From positions 409,343 through 466,778 of the forward strand of contig NW_008246073.1 in NCBI RefSeq assembly GCF_000281045.1: a stretch of DNA of 57,436 bases, in the 5' to 3' direction. The notes beneath the pieces are model-generated. The model saw only the letters and a program-made list of their open reading frames with translations. It made no database searches and was not told the origin of the DNA. Shown one piece after another: positions 35,522-46,760 of the stretch (position 1 is its first letter; each line of letters starts with the position of its first letter). A program made the translations under genes and the position numbers. This DNA is from Saprolegnia diclina VS20. Taxonomy: Eukaryota.

Positions 35522-38500
35522 ATGACCGCGGACGACGAGGACACGACCGCGGAGCGGCTCAAGCGGCCGATCACGGATGCGCACCCGACGCTCTACATAG
35601 AGACAAGGAAGGCGCATGCTGCGGCCTCCGTGGACCTATACTGTCTGCTCTTCAACGCGCAGGTAGCGCTTCGAGTCGACTTTTGCACGACATACCCTGT
35701 ACCATGCAGGGGGAGCTCATTGACCACGTGCCTATCAATGGGTCGCTGCGAGACGGCTCGATCGTGCAAGCGCCCCGCAATCAGCACGGCTACCACCAAA
35801 AGATGGTGATATCACTGGCCAAGGTGCACCTTGGCGTGGATGTGATTGGTGCCCGACCGTTCCATCGCCAACGACTCATTCGAAGAACTAGGCATCATCC
35901 TTTCCCACAGCCACGACGTCGTCTTCGATCCACACAAGGTACTGGACGATTGCGTCGTCCACTGCTCGCTACTGTCGTCCGACACGAGCGACGCATTCGT
36001 CGACTTTTCAGCGACGGGCAGTGACGTCGTCTGCGTCGGCACCCATTCGGCCTCGACCTCGTCGCGGATTCTCGTGCAAAATGCCTTTGTCGTGGCCAAG
36101 ATCTACAGAGACAACCGCCAGCGCCACACGTGGCTCTTGGACCCGATCAACGAAGCGGTTCAGTGCAGCAGCCACTGCCTCGTGGGTCTCACGCGCGCCC
36201 TACAGCTCTTCCTCCTCGACATCATTCCCGACATCGATATTCCCAACGTCACGTCGCTCAAGACGATTCGAGGCATCTGCTCGACGCTGACGAGCACCGA
36301 GTTTTTGGAGCTCGAGGCGCTCTTTCCCAAGAACGGCTCGGGCGTGCCAAAAGCCGCCTTTGCAGAGTGCTTGGCGCTGGGCATTATCAAGTCCCGCCCC
36401 GAGCTCCGCGCCGAGAAGCGGGCAATAGCACTCTTGCGTCTGCTCTGCGAAATGTTTGATCAAATCGGTGCACATTGGAGAGACTTCATTATCCCTTGGT
36501 TGACCCTACACCTAGATATCAACGGGGACGAGCAAGTGGACTGGGAAGAGTTCACGACGTTTTGCATTGCGCTTGGCATGCTCTCGACAAAACAGTCGTA
36601 CGACACGTCCGATGTCTCGGGCGTTGAATACGTCTACAAGCAGCTTCGCACGGCCCACGCGACCCGGTAGCTTCTTGCGCTTTGGCGTCGTTTTGTATAA
36701 ACGTTTGCCAGACCATTTCCGTACCATATAACCAAGATGCGCGCTTTTGAGCATGTGCGCAAGGTTGCGATCCTCGAGCAAGAAAGCCCTCTCGTCGCCG
36801 TATAGGACATTGCACACCTCGTGCTGGCTCATTTGCGACTAGATTTTCGATATGGACGGCACGTTCCTGCACGACATGGCCAACGTCATGAAGACGAGTG
36901 TCATGAAGGACGGGCTATACATTCTCGACATTGAGCACATCCCGACGCGCAACTGCTACGTCATCTCGAGCTCGGACCGGATCTTGACGCTCTGGAACAT
37001 CGTCAACGCCGTGAAAGGACAGTACGTCCAAAGCGGTCGGTTCACCAACCACCACATGGTGCGCACGATCAAGTGGTGCGCGACGCTCAAGCTCTGCATG
37101 ACGTCGAGCTCCAAACACACTGTGCTCTGGAACTTTGACGCGGGTACGCACCGGCCTCGCCGACAGATTGACACACCGATACGTTAGGCAAGATTGAGCA
37201 CCGGCTACACGGCCACAGCGACCTCATCACTGACATTGTCGAAGTCCCCGGAGCACCTCTGTTTCTTACAGCGTCGTACGACCATACGGTGGCGCTCTGG
37301 GAGATGGACCGTATGCGACTCGTTTTCGCGTTCGAAGGGCACACGCAGGTTCTTCGCCCTACAAACAATTGATGACAGGAACCCGCGTCTAGGGCGTGCT
37401 GCACGTGGACTGCATTGGGAACGTCCTCGTCTCGTGCGGCTTTGAGCACCACGCGCGCGTGTGGAGCCTCGCCACTCGCAAGCAGCTCGTACGTTCCAGT
37501 GTGGCTTATCAATGTATGGACAACATGTCATGTAGGTGCTATTGACTGGTCACCACGAAATGCTTCTGGACGCCAAGCTCGTTCGGCTCAATCCCAATAC
37601 CCTACTGTGTACCACGGGCGACGTTGGCGGCAACTTTCAGGTTTGGGACATTTCCCGCTGCATCGTCGACGCGTCCAAAGATGCTGGTATGCACAAACCT
37701 GCGACTGACCCGTGATTGATATAATAACATCGTGTGTGCAGCGGTCGTGCTCCACAAGTTGAACGTCGGCATTCCTGGCTGTGTCACCCCCGTCTTTCAC
37801 ACCTTTACGGTGCTCCCCCAAGACCACAAACAGCCACACAGCGAGCTCTGCGAGATCTGGACCGGTACGTGTCCGTTTTCATCCTGTAGGAGTTGACAAG
37901 CGGAGTAGGTACGGTCGATGTGGTGCGCCTCGTGCCCGAAGCCGTCTCGTCCATGCAAGCGCCCATGCAGCATGTGCTCTACAACGCACTCGCACACACG
38001 TTCACGGCCTCCGTCGGTGGCAAAATCACCGTCTGGCGCGGCAAAGACGGCCACATTGAGCAAGAACCGATCCACATCGCATCTGTTGAAGTGTGCGGGC
38101 TCTGCTACGACCTTCCGCGCCAGCGCAAGCTGTTTGTATCGACAAGCGTAAGTGCTTTGTCTCTTGGCCAAACCTTTCCCTCCATACGTCCAGGACGGCT
38201 ATATCTGCATGTACAACCTCATTACGGGCGAGCTCATGGACGTACGATAAAACTGCGCATCGAACTGCTTGTATGGAAAACGCCTGTGACGTAGTCGGCC
38301 AAGTTGCACAACAGCGACGTCCTCGCCATGATCTATTGCGAACACACCAACGTCCTCGGAGGCTCGTCGTCCTGGCTTCACACACTACTGTAGTGCCTCA
38401 TCACGACCGGTGGCGACGACACACTCGCGATTTGCGCCGACGTCAAAGGCGAAGGAAAGTTGGATCCGCTCCGAACCATTGAAAACGTCCACCGGTACGA

Positions 38501-40989
38501 TGCTCTTGGCAGAGAGGTCGGTCTCTCAATTCACGTCAGCGCTGGCATGACCGCCTGCGCGTACTCGAGTGAGCACGGACTCATTGTGACGGGTGACGTC
38601 AAGGGCCATATCCGAGTGCACGACTTTCAGCGTCTCTCCCTTATGTTTCGGTGTGAAGGCCATGGCGGCGAGATCACGGCGCTCGCCTTCCACCCGGCGA
38701 CGTGCGTGCTTTTTGCCGCCGAAGCCAGCGGCGACATTTGCGTCTGGCAGCTGCTCAACGTATTGACCTTGTCGCAGTGCGTCATGCGCCTCGTCGTGCC
38801 TGTTTCGACGACCTTCCTCACGAGCCCCGACCTTGACCCATCGAGTGCGACGCCAATCATCACGACTCTGTGCGCAACGTCCGACAAGATCGTCGCCGGC
38901 GATGACCACGGCCGCCTGCATGTCTGGCCGATTCAGCTGATGCGGAAACAAGCTAAGGGCATCACCAAACTCTTCTTCGAGCCGCTGCCAGCAAACATGA
39001 TTGCGTACGCGCGCGGCGGGTACAACCCCAATTTGCGAATGACACGCATGCAGAGCGTCGCCACGTCCGACGTCAGCAGTGGTCACCACCACACGGCGCA
39101 CCACAGGCCGATCATGGGCCGCCCTGCCGTTGTTCAGATCAAGGCGCCGACCACCTGGATCGCTCATACGAGCAAAGTCTACCACGTCGCACCGCTCCCA
39201 AGCCCAGGGTACGTCGTTTAAATTCCGCGCAAACACACTGACATGAAGGACAGATTTGTGTTTTCATCGAACGACACGGGCGTTCGCCTGTGGAGCGCCG
39301 ACGGCGACTGCCTTGGAGCTCTCGACCGCAAGCACAGCAGTGGTAACGAGTCTGGAAGCACCGAGGCGAGCGTACCGTGGAAATACCGCCTGAGCCCATC
39401 CTCGTCAGCTCTGGAGCTCTCGGCCGCCGTACAGACCATGGCCAGGAACGTCCTTCGCCAAGTTGCGTCGTTGAGGTGGAAGATGCGTATGTGAGGCCCA
39501 TCTCACGCTGCAACATGCTTGTAGCGCCACTGCAGTGACGTCAACGAGTCATACCCCACCGGCCCATCGCACGAGCATTCTTCTAGACGGCTCGCACCTG
39601 CGCACGCAGAGCTACCGTCGGTGCTCGAGTCTTCTCGACCTGCGGACCAAGTCCCACAAGGTCTCCATTGTCGAGCAAGAAGACGATCCGGCATTGACCC
39701 ACACCATTCAGCACGCAACAGCCGAGACGGCCTTCTCTCGTACGCCACATTCTCTACTCGATTGTTTTAGCAAAACGACTAGGTCGGTCCCTCGCGGAGG
39801 GCATCAAGACCAACACGTTCACGCAGGACGAAGGGTTTATCCTCGAGTGCCTCAGCCACGACGCACATGCGCGCAAGACGTACGACTCGATCGTGTTTCC
39901 GCCGCTCTTGCTCACGAAGGCAGAGCTACGTCGGCAGCTTGAGCTGAACGCAGTGCCAAAGGCTGACACGGACGCCGTCGACGAGCTTCCGATGCTGCGC
40001 ACGTGCGACAACTTTCTTGGCGAAGTCCGCGTGCACAAGGCCAAGATGACGCGCTTCTCGCACGAAATGCCATTGGACCCGTCGCCATTTCTGCAGACGC
40101 ACTTGCCAGGAAAGAAGGCCCTCGCCACGACGTCCATGTCCGTTCCAAAGAGCAAGCAGGCAACGACACTACGACAACGAATGCAGTGGAAGATCGACGG
40201 GTTCGTCGACCAACCGGTGCTGCCCAGCGTTGTCAAGGCACCGGTGTCGCCAGCCCGGCGCCACGCACGGCAGTGGACCGACCCCACCTTTGCCGCCCTC
40301 GATGCGCGCCTCGAGTCGAGCTTGGGCCCGCGTCGGTCGCAGTCGACGACCGACCTCTCCTTCGTTCAAGCAAACATTTCGAGAAAACTCACGCTCTGCG
40401 AAACACTGCAAGGACTGGACGTGACGCGAACCAAAGTCGTGACACCGGCGATGACTCCGATGAGCCGACGCGTCGCGACACCAGCGTCGGTGCGAACACC
40501 GGTTATGGAGATTGTCAAAGCCGGTGGGAATCCCTTTGGGCCGCACTACTCAACCAAAGACGTGCTTGAGTTCGGTGGTACGACCGTCCTACCCCGAAAC
40601 AGTATCGAATTCGACGAGGACATTGACCATGTTGGCGTAGACACGCTGCAACGCTTTGATAAAGACCTCTCGGGGGACATTGACATTGACGAGTGGCTGA
40701 AAATTATGACGGCGCTGGGGGCCAAGAGCCAAGCGATCGATGTGGCCGTTGCGCGCGACCTCTTCTCGACAGTCGACGACAACGACGACGGGCTCATTTC
40801 TCACCAAGAACTCCTCCACATTGTGGTATACTGCCGATTTCTGGCTTCTAAGAAATCAACCCGTTTCCATAGTTTCTACAAGCGACGAAGGAGCAGCTGA
40901 TGCAAATGGAAGAGCTCATTCGAGCGTCGCAGCACCGCGCTCAGAAGACGGCATCACGGCCATCAACCGCCCAAGACCAAGACGAGTGA
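35522..40989 (+). CDS. EF-hand plus WD40-repeat protein with TerD-like N-terminus (multi-exon)
   Basis: EF loops DINGDEQVDWEEF, DKDLSGDIDIDEW and DDNDDGLISHQEL. WD40 units such as GHSDLITDI...SYDHTVALWE, EGHGGEITALAF...ICVWQ and SSSDRILTLWN. Last exon ends ...DQDE-TGA at 40989. Confidence 0.8.
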
Positions 40990-41463
40990 GTCTCCGAAGC
41001 GTCGCGTCCTTCTCATTCATGTCCTGCTTGACGTATTCGGTGAATGTGTTCCACACGAAGCGTCGATGACACGTCCTAGTAGCCTAGTCTTGAGTGTTTG
41101 CGTCTTCCTTTGCACATATTCGCTTGCGACCGGCTCGTTGATAACGCAATGAAGCCCCGACCTTTGTCTCTTGAATGCCAGCAAAGTGTGTTTGAAGCAG
41201 TTATGAACCAACCAGAGCTTACTCGCACAGCATCGTGTTCCCAAGGTCATATCACCGGTGCGTCGCATCGGTCGTTTTTGACACTGATTGGCGTCTTCTG
41301 GTTAATAATACCTTAATTCGATGGACATTATTGTACACAGTTTCAATCACCCAACTTGCTCGCATCAAGAGAACGACATGTTGTATCACGGTGTGTTTGT
41401 ATGAATGGCATTATGTACACGCAGAGACAAATCAAAGGCACGGAAGCGAGAAACCAAAGCTCG

Positions 41464-43833
41464 TTAGCTGGAGCGCGCGGGCAACTCGATGTAGACTTCG
41501 CTAAGGCGCTGGCCGAGCAGTGTGAGCTCACACGCCGCCTCGAAGAGTCGCATGTCGTTGAGCTCGCCGTCGCAAATGTGGAAGAGAATGTCGAGCGATG
41601 CCTGCATCTTGTGCCAATCCCGGCTCGCAAAGGTCTTGCCCCACAGCGCGTGCGTGGGGACAAGCTCGGGCATGGGTGGGTTCCCGCTTTCCCAGTCGCA
41701 ATACTCGGCGCAGTGCACCCACGCTTCGCGGAAGAGCGTTCCGAGCGCGATAAAGTCGACGTTCAAAAACGCCTTCCACTCTTCGTTGGCGACGGCAGCG
41801 AGATCGTCCATGTCGGGCAGCCGACCGCCCTTGCGCATCTTGGGCGACTCCATGTCGGTCAAGAGCCGAAAGGTGCGGCTGAGGTGGAACGGGTACGTGT
41901 AGTCGCCCTCGCGGCTGTGCTTGACGCCGCGCCCGTGCTCCTTGGCAAACTTACTTCGGCGGTCCCAGGCCTCGAGGCGCTTGGCGTTGGCCTCGCGCGC
42001 GTCCGGATCGCGCGCGTTCATAAAGTACGTTGCGTGCTGGAGATTGTAGCCCACCGATAGCATGCGCGAGACGAGAAAGCTCTCGGTCGGGCGCCCACCG
42101 TACCAGATGCTCGGACCTTTCTCCAGGAGCGTGGCCAGCGTGTCCAGCACCGGGATCGGAGCAATACGCTCGTGCAGGCGCAGTGCGTTGTAGAGGTGGA
42201 ACACGAACCGGCCTTGCTGCACATCGTCCATGACGCCGACTCCGTACGAGAGGCTGAAGCTCAAGCTCATCGTGAGCATCCACTGGCCGGCCATCCACGG
42301 GTTGAGCCAGCCTTGGTCGAGCTCCAGTGGCGTAAAGTACGGGCACTTGTTGACGATCTGCATGATGCCTAGCATCCCCTGGACGTGTTCCGGGAGGAGC
42401 TTGAGCGTCCGCGGCGGCTGGATGAGGCCCGTGGCGTTGTTCTGGCACGCGAGCACGTGCTCCGTCACGCGCTTGAGGCTCGCTTTGGTCGAGGCCGCGA
42501 TCTTGGCGCACGTGACGTTGTCCCATTCGGGGCCTTGCGTGTCCATGATCGACTCGAGGAGGCAAACCGTCGCGAAGACGAATGGGATGCTCGTGCGCTT
42601 CGTCTTTTGAAACTCAAAGACGAGGTTGGGCCAAGGCATGTAGTCCTTGTGGGCGCTCACAATCTCGGGACACTTGTCTTTTGTCGCAAAGAGCACCGGC
42701 GGCAGCATCTCCGAGAAGAGCGGGCCCACGAGCTCCTTCATGGACCAAAGCATGCCCGCCGCCTCGCTCCAAGGCGCAGTGCGCATGTTGCTTGGCATGG
42801 TAAACCGCGGGCCTTTGACTATATCAAGGAGGCCCGCGAGCCGGGGTAGCGCGCGCTGCAGCATCTTGAGGTTCTTGACGTAAAAAAGTCGCTCGTCGGT
42901 TGTCGCGAGCGAGGCTTCGTGCGCGTCCACGATGGCCTGCTCGAGCGCGGCCGCCGATCCGTGCGGCACGCGAAGCGTCTTTGCTATCGTGGCCGTGCTC
43001 GTGGCTGGCGTTGGCGACTTGCACGCTAGCGTGACAAGGCGCACGGCGGTCGCGAGGGAAGTGTTGTGCGACACCATCATCTCACGCAAGAACGGACCTC
43101 GCTCGACGAGTGCGAAAATCTCTGCCAGCGTCTCGAGGTACGGCAGCTCGAGGTGCAGTGTCGCCGACCACGTACTCACGAGCTTGACGCAGGCGTTTGT
43201 GACGGCGGTGGCCGCCACCAAGCTCGACTCACCCGCCTTCAGACTGGACCACGCATGGTCCACGTCACCGAGAAGCTCGTCAAGGTCCATGAGAAAGCAG
43301 ATGGCGCGGAACTGGTCCGCCTCGATCGCAGCGACCGCAGTGTCCTCGGGACTCGGCTCGCGGATAGCAAAGGCCTTGGCGTCAAACGGCGGGAGCGACT
43401 CGTCTGGCGCATCGTCTTCATCGTTTTCGTCGTCAACTGCAAGCGCCTCGAACGCGTTGTGCAGTTGCCCTTCGTGCTTGGGCGACGGCGGCGCCGTCTC
43501 CTGCACCAGCGGCTCGAGCGTAGCGTCGACAGCGCGCAGGAGGTCGAGGAAGTACGCGTGGCCTTGGTCTGGCGGGAAGGCCTTACATGCCTGCCAACGC
43601 AGTTTGATGCTTGCTTTGAGCTGGCGAATGATGGCAACCGGAACGGGTGTAGCGCTCGCCGCAATGTCCTGCGTGGCGGCCCAGATCTGCGCCGTCGTCC
43701 ACTCGACCTCTTCCGACTTGTTTTTCTTGTTCTTCTTCGCCTTCTTGGCGACGTTCTTCGTGCGCTGGAGCCAGGCGACGACCGCCGTGGTCGCGAGCTT
43801 GTACCGGTGCCACCGCCCACAACCGTCCGACAT
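41464..43833 (-). CDS. DUF6604-like hypothetical protein (789 aa, intronless)
   Basis: Long ORF. N-terminal RYKLATTAVVAWL...SIKLR...GHAYFLDLL...NAFEAL matches my recollection of the DUF6604 pattern. Confidence 0.7.
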   Translation of the reverse strand: MSDGCGRWHRYKLATTAVVAWLQRTKNVAKKAKKNKKNKSEEVEWTTAQIWAATQDIAASATPVPVAIIRQLKASIKLRWQACKAFPPDQGHAYFLDLLRAVDATLEPLVQETAPPSPKHEGQLHNAFEALAVDDENDEDDAPDESLPPFDAKAFAIREPSPEDTAVAAIEADQFRAICFLMDLDELLGDVDHAWSSLKAGESSLVAATAVTNACVKLVSTWSATLHLELPYLETLAEIFALVERGPFLREMMVSHNTSLATAVRLVTLACKSPTPATSTATIAKTLRVPHGSAAALEQAIVDAHEASLATTDERLFYVKNLKMLQRALPRLAGLLDIVKGPRFTMPSNMRTAPWSEAAGMLWSMKELVGPLFSEMLPPVLFATKDKCPEIVSAHKDYMPWPNLVFEFQKTKRTSIPFVFATVCLLESIMDTQGPEWDNVTCAKIAASTKASLKRVTEHVLACQNNATGLIQPPRTLKLLPEHVQGMLGIMQIVNKCPYFTPLELDQGWLNPWMAGQWMLTMSLSFSLSYGVGVMDDVQQGRFVFHLYNALRLHERIAPIPVLDTLATLLEKGPSIWYGGRPTESFLVSRMLSVGYNLQHATYFMNARDPDAREANAKRLEAWDRRSKFAKEHGRGVKHSREGDYTYPFHLSRTFRLLTDMESPKMRKGGRLPDMDDLAAVANEEWKAFLNVDFIALGTLFREAWVHCAEYCDWESGNPPMPELVPTHALWGKTFASRDWHKMQASLDILFHICDGELNDMRLFEAACELTLLGQRLSEVYIELPARSS

Positions 43834-44026
43834 GCTTCCCGACAGTCCAAGACTGAATGAACCGCTCAGCTCGTTGAAGCGTTTGCCGCGGGTTAAACGT
43901 TAAACGCGCTAGTTTGGCTTGGAGGTAGAATATTTAACGTATCGGTCAAGGTGCGTTGCAGTCCTGGTTGCAGTCGCTCATTCAAAAAAGTATATATATA
44001 TATCAGATAGAGTTGTGCTGTAGTCC

Positions 44027-46072
44027 CTACACGTCCTTGGCGGGCTCAATGTACACGAGCTCAAAATCGTCGCAGCCGGCCGCCGCCTTGTGCGTATTGA
44101 AGAGCGTTCGGAGCGCTGTAAAGTACACCTCGTGGAGCCGGTGGACGTCGTCGGTCGTCGGCGCGGCGCACTTGGTGACGGGAATCGGCGCGCCGACAGC
44201 CACCGTCATGGGCACCCGCCGCGGGATCGGGAGGTAAAAGCGTCCGTACGGAAAGAACGGGCACGGAACGGCAAACTTTTTCACGCTCCACTGCTGCAGC
44301 GCAGGGTACTGGACGTTGTCGAGGACCTCGCCTTCCTGGAAGCTAAGCACAGGCACGAGCGGTGTGCCGTGCTCGAGCGCCAGCCGGAGAAACCCGCGGT
44401 GGCCCGTGTACACGCGCACTTGGCGAATGCCCGAGTGCGACTGGAGCATCTCCGCTTGGCCGCCGGGCACGACCATGACCGACTGCTGCGACGCTAGCGA
44501 CGCGGCAAAGGTCCTGCGGGAAACCTCGCGCGCCCCAAAGAGCTGGATGGCGTCGCGGAGGAGCGGAATGTAGTGCACGACGGACGCCGAGAGAGGGCAC
44601 GCAAACACGTTGGGGTACAAGGCGCGCCACGACGACGAGAACTGGAGCCACATGACCGTGAGCGGCGTGATGCCGTGCGGGTGAAACCCAAAGACGTACG
44701 TGGCCGACGGGTCTAATGGCCCCGAGGCGAGCACGGTCGCTGAAAAGTAGCGCGCGACGGCCTCCATGACGGGGTTGCCCGTTGCGATAAACGATCGGCG
44801 AAAGCGACATCCAGTTTGCGCCGGCATGCCCACCATGGTACCAATGTAGTAGAGGTACCACGCGACACCCATGACGATCGTCGACGTGAGTGCGGGGAGT
44901 GCGTGCACGTAGTGATACATGACGGACGCGAGCGGGAGACTGTAAAAAAAGAGTGGGCACAGCCACACCTTGGGATGGTACTTGGCCGAGGCGTCCTTTC
45001 TTGTCACGTGGTCGTAGTACGCCGTCATGGACGGCATCGCGATCGCCATGATCGTCGTGCCCACAATGTACGCCGCGCTGTAGACCGCCGCCGTACTCCA
45101 CGAGAGGTCCGAGTAGAGAAACGGAATTGTAAACGGCAAGTACCCGAAAAGCGTGAGGTTGCAGAGGAGCGTTGTGACGGCCAGGTCGAGCGAGCACGGC
45201 GTCACGGGTGCGGGGACGTCGGGGCTTTGGTACATGTGGAGGCTCACCATCATACTCAGCTGCGAGAAGAGCGCCGAGGCTGCTGCATAGCTCATGAGGC
45301 CGACGACAACCTCCAGCTCGATGACAAGAAACGAGAGGAGGAAGAGAGTCTGCAGCAGCAGTGAGATGGAAAATGTTGTCCAGGCCATGAACTGAAGGCG
45401 GACGAAGCGACCACCGCCCCGGAAGGGCTGGAAGAAGCGCCAGCCCGGCGTATCTTTGGCGATGATACCGCCGAGGCCATAGGTGCTCGTGACCGCGGCA
45501 ACGCACAAGAGCAGCGAGCCTAATGACGCGTCGGAAGAGAGAGAACCGATGGACGCGTCGGCGATCATGGCCAAGATACACGCGCCGACGACCGCGAGCA
45601 AGTGGATGTAGTGGTGCACAAAGAGCGGCGCGGCGCCGTTCTGGGCCTTCTCCAGCACGAGGATCGAAGACACCATAAACATCTCGGCGATGAAGCAGAG
45701 ACACGTGACCGAGAGACTGCTAAAGACGATGGGCGTTCGCAGCTCAAGGCTAGCGGCCATGGACCCCACGAGCGCGAGAGCATAGATGACCCAGCTGGCC
45801 ACATGGTAGCCGCGGAAGGCGCCGTCAACGAGCTGATCGTCCTTGATGCGCGCGTGCACGGAAAGCTGGAGAATGTGTGTCACGGGCACGGCGAAGAACA
45901 GCACAAAGGTCGCGGCGTCGAGCAGCCACGGGTGCACGAGTGTCATGACAGCGTAGTGGTAGACCTCGAGCGCGATGCGGAGGAGGAAAGCCGTAAAGTC
46001 GGCAACGACCAAGGTGAGCGCGGCGCGGCGCCAGCCCATGAGCGACGAGGGCTCTTGCAACTCGGACTTCAT
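44027..46072 (-). CDS. DGAT2: Diacylglycerol acyltransferase type 2 (DAGAT family) with long N-terminal membrane extension
   Basis: RYF, FGFHPHG, VPGGQAE, HRGFLRLALEHGTPLVPV and PIPRR...VAVGAPI motifs in the C-terminal ~270 aa. The N-terminal ~400 aa is strongly hydrophobic. Intronless 681-aa ORF. Confidence 0.9.
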   Translation of the reverse strand: MKSELQEPSSLMGWRRAALTLVVADFTAFLLRIALEVYHYAVMTLVHPWLLDAATFVLFFAVPVTHILQLSVHARIKDDQLVDGAFRGYHVASWVIYALALVGSMAASLELRTPIVFSSLSVTCLCFIAEMFMVSSILVLEKAQNGAAPLFVHHYIHLLAVVGACILAMIADASIGSLSSDASLGSLLLCVAAVTSTYGLGGIIAKDTPGWRFFQPFRGGGRFVRLQFMAWTTFSISLLLQTLFLLSFLVIELEVVVGLMSYAAASALFSQLSMMVSLHMYQSPDVPAPVTPCSLDLAVTTLLCNLTLFGYLPFTIPFLYSDLSWSTAAVYSAAYIVGTTIMAIAMPSMTAYYDHVTRKDASAKYHPKVWLCPLFFYSLPLASVMYHYVHALPALTSTIVMGVAWYLYYIGTMVGMPAQTGCRFRRSFIATGNPVMEAVARYFSATVLASGPLDPSATYVFGFHPHGITPLTVMWLQFSSSWRALYPNVFACPLSASVVHYIPLLRDAIQLFGAREVSRRTFAASLASQQSVMVVPGGQAEMLQSHSGIRQVRVYTGHRGFLRLALEHGTPLVPVLSFQEGEVLDNVQYPALQQWSVKKFAVPCPFFPYGRFYLPIPRRVPMTVAVGAPIPVTKCAAPTTDDVHRLHEVYFTALRTLFNTHKAAAGCDDFELVYIEPAKDV

Positions 46073-46760
46073 GTTCGGAAATGACCGACCTCGCGGACGG
46101 TTGCGGCGGGATTGCCACTCACCAGATCTTCGTATTTTTAATTCGCTGCCTTTGATTGGCTCGCTACCCGAACGTCCTTTTTACCAGTGCGTCTTAGGAC
46201 ACCTTGCGTAATCGACGTCCAGCAGCTTGGTGACTGTTGTGCTACGCGACAAGGCAGACCGTAGCGCCGGCGACTTGGCGTTAAAGCCTTCGTGAAGGAT
46301 CAATGATGGAACACCAAATACGCACGTCGAAAGGCGTGAACGAGATCGCCGATATAGATAGCTTTAGTACGTTTTTGGTTCATTTTTGCAATCACAGGTG
46401 GTACACCCAAGTACGTAGCGTGCAGCAAACCGCCTCTCGATCAGCGACTGTCCGTGCATGAGACTTTGCTACTTCCGTGCCGACGACAAAGCTGCTTGCA
46501 AAACGAATCCGAATGGCGTCCACAAACACACTAGCATACGGTGCGTGACACTCTCGCTCTGCGAGAAGCGGTCACGAACGCAATCGTAATCGGTTGACCG
46601 CAAGTGTCGTCTGCGCAATCGGCGACAGGTCGTTTAACCCGTTGAAGTGGCGTTTACCCTCTTGATGGGCATTTAACCCCGCTAGCCTGTTTATCCGGAT
46701 ATGGATCCGCCGACAGCCGGATACGCAGCTAGGGGCAGCCAAAGCTTGGAATCATCGGAC

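Noticed and set aside
42932..43903. Long antisense ORFs (also 7200-8108, 33507-34466, 55765-56619)
   Set aside because: Shadow frames opposite GC-rich real genes.
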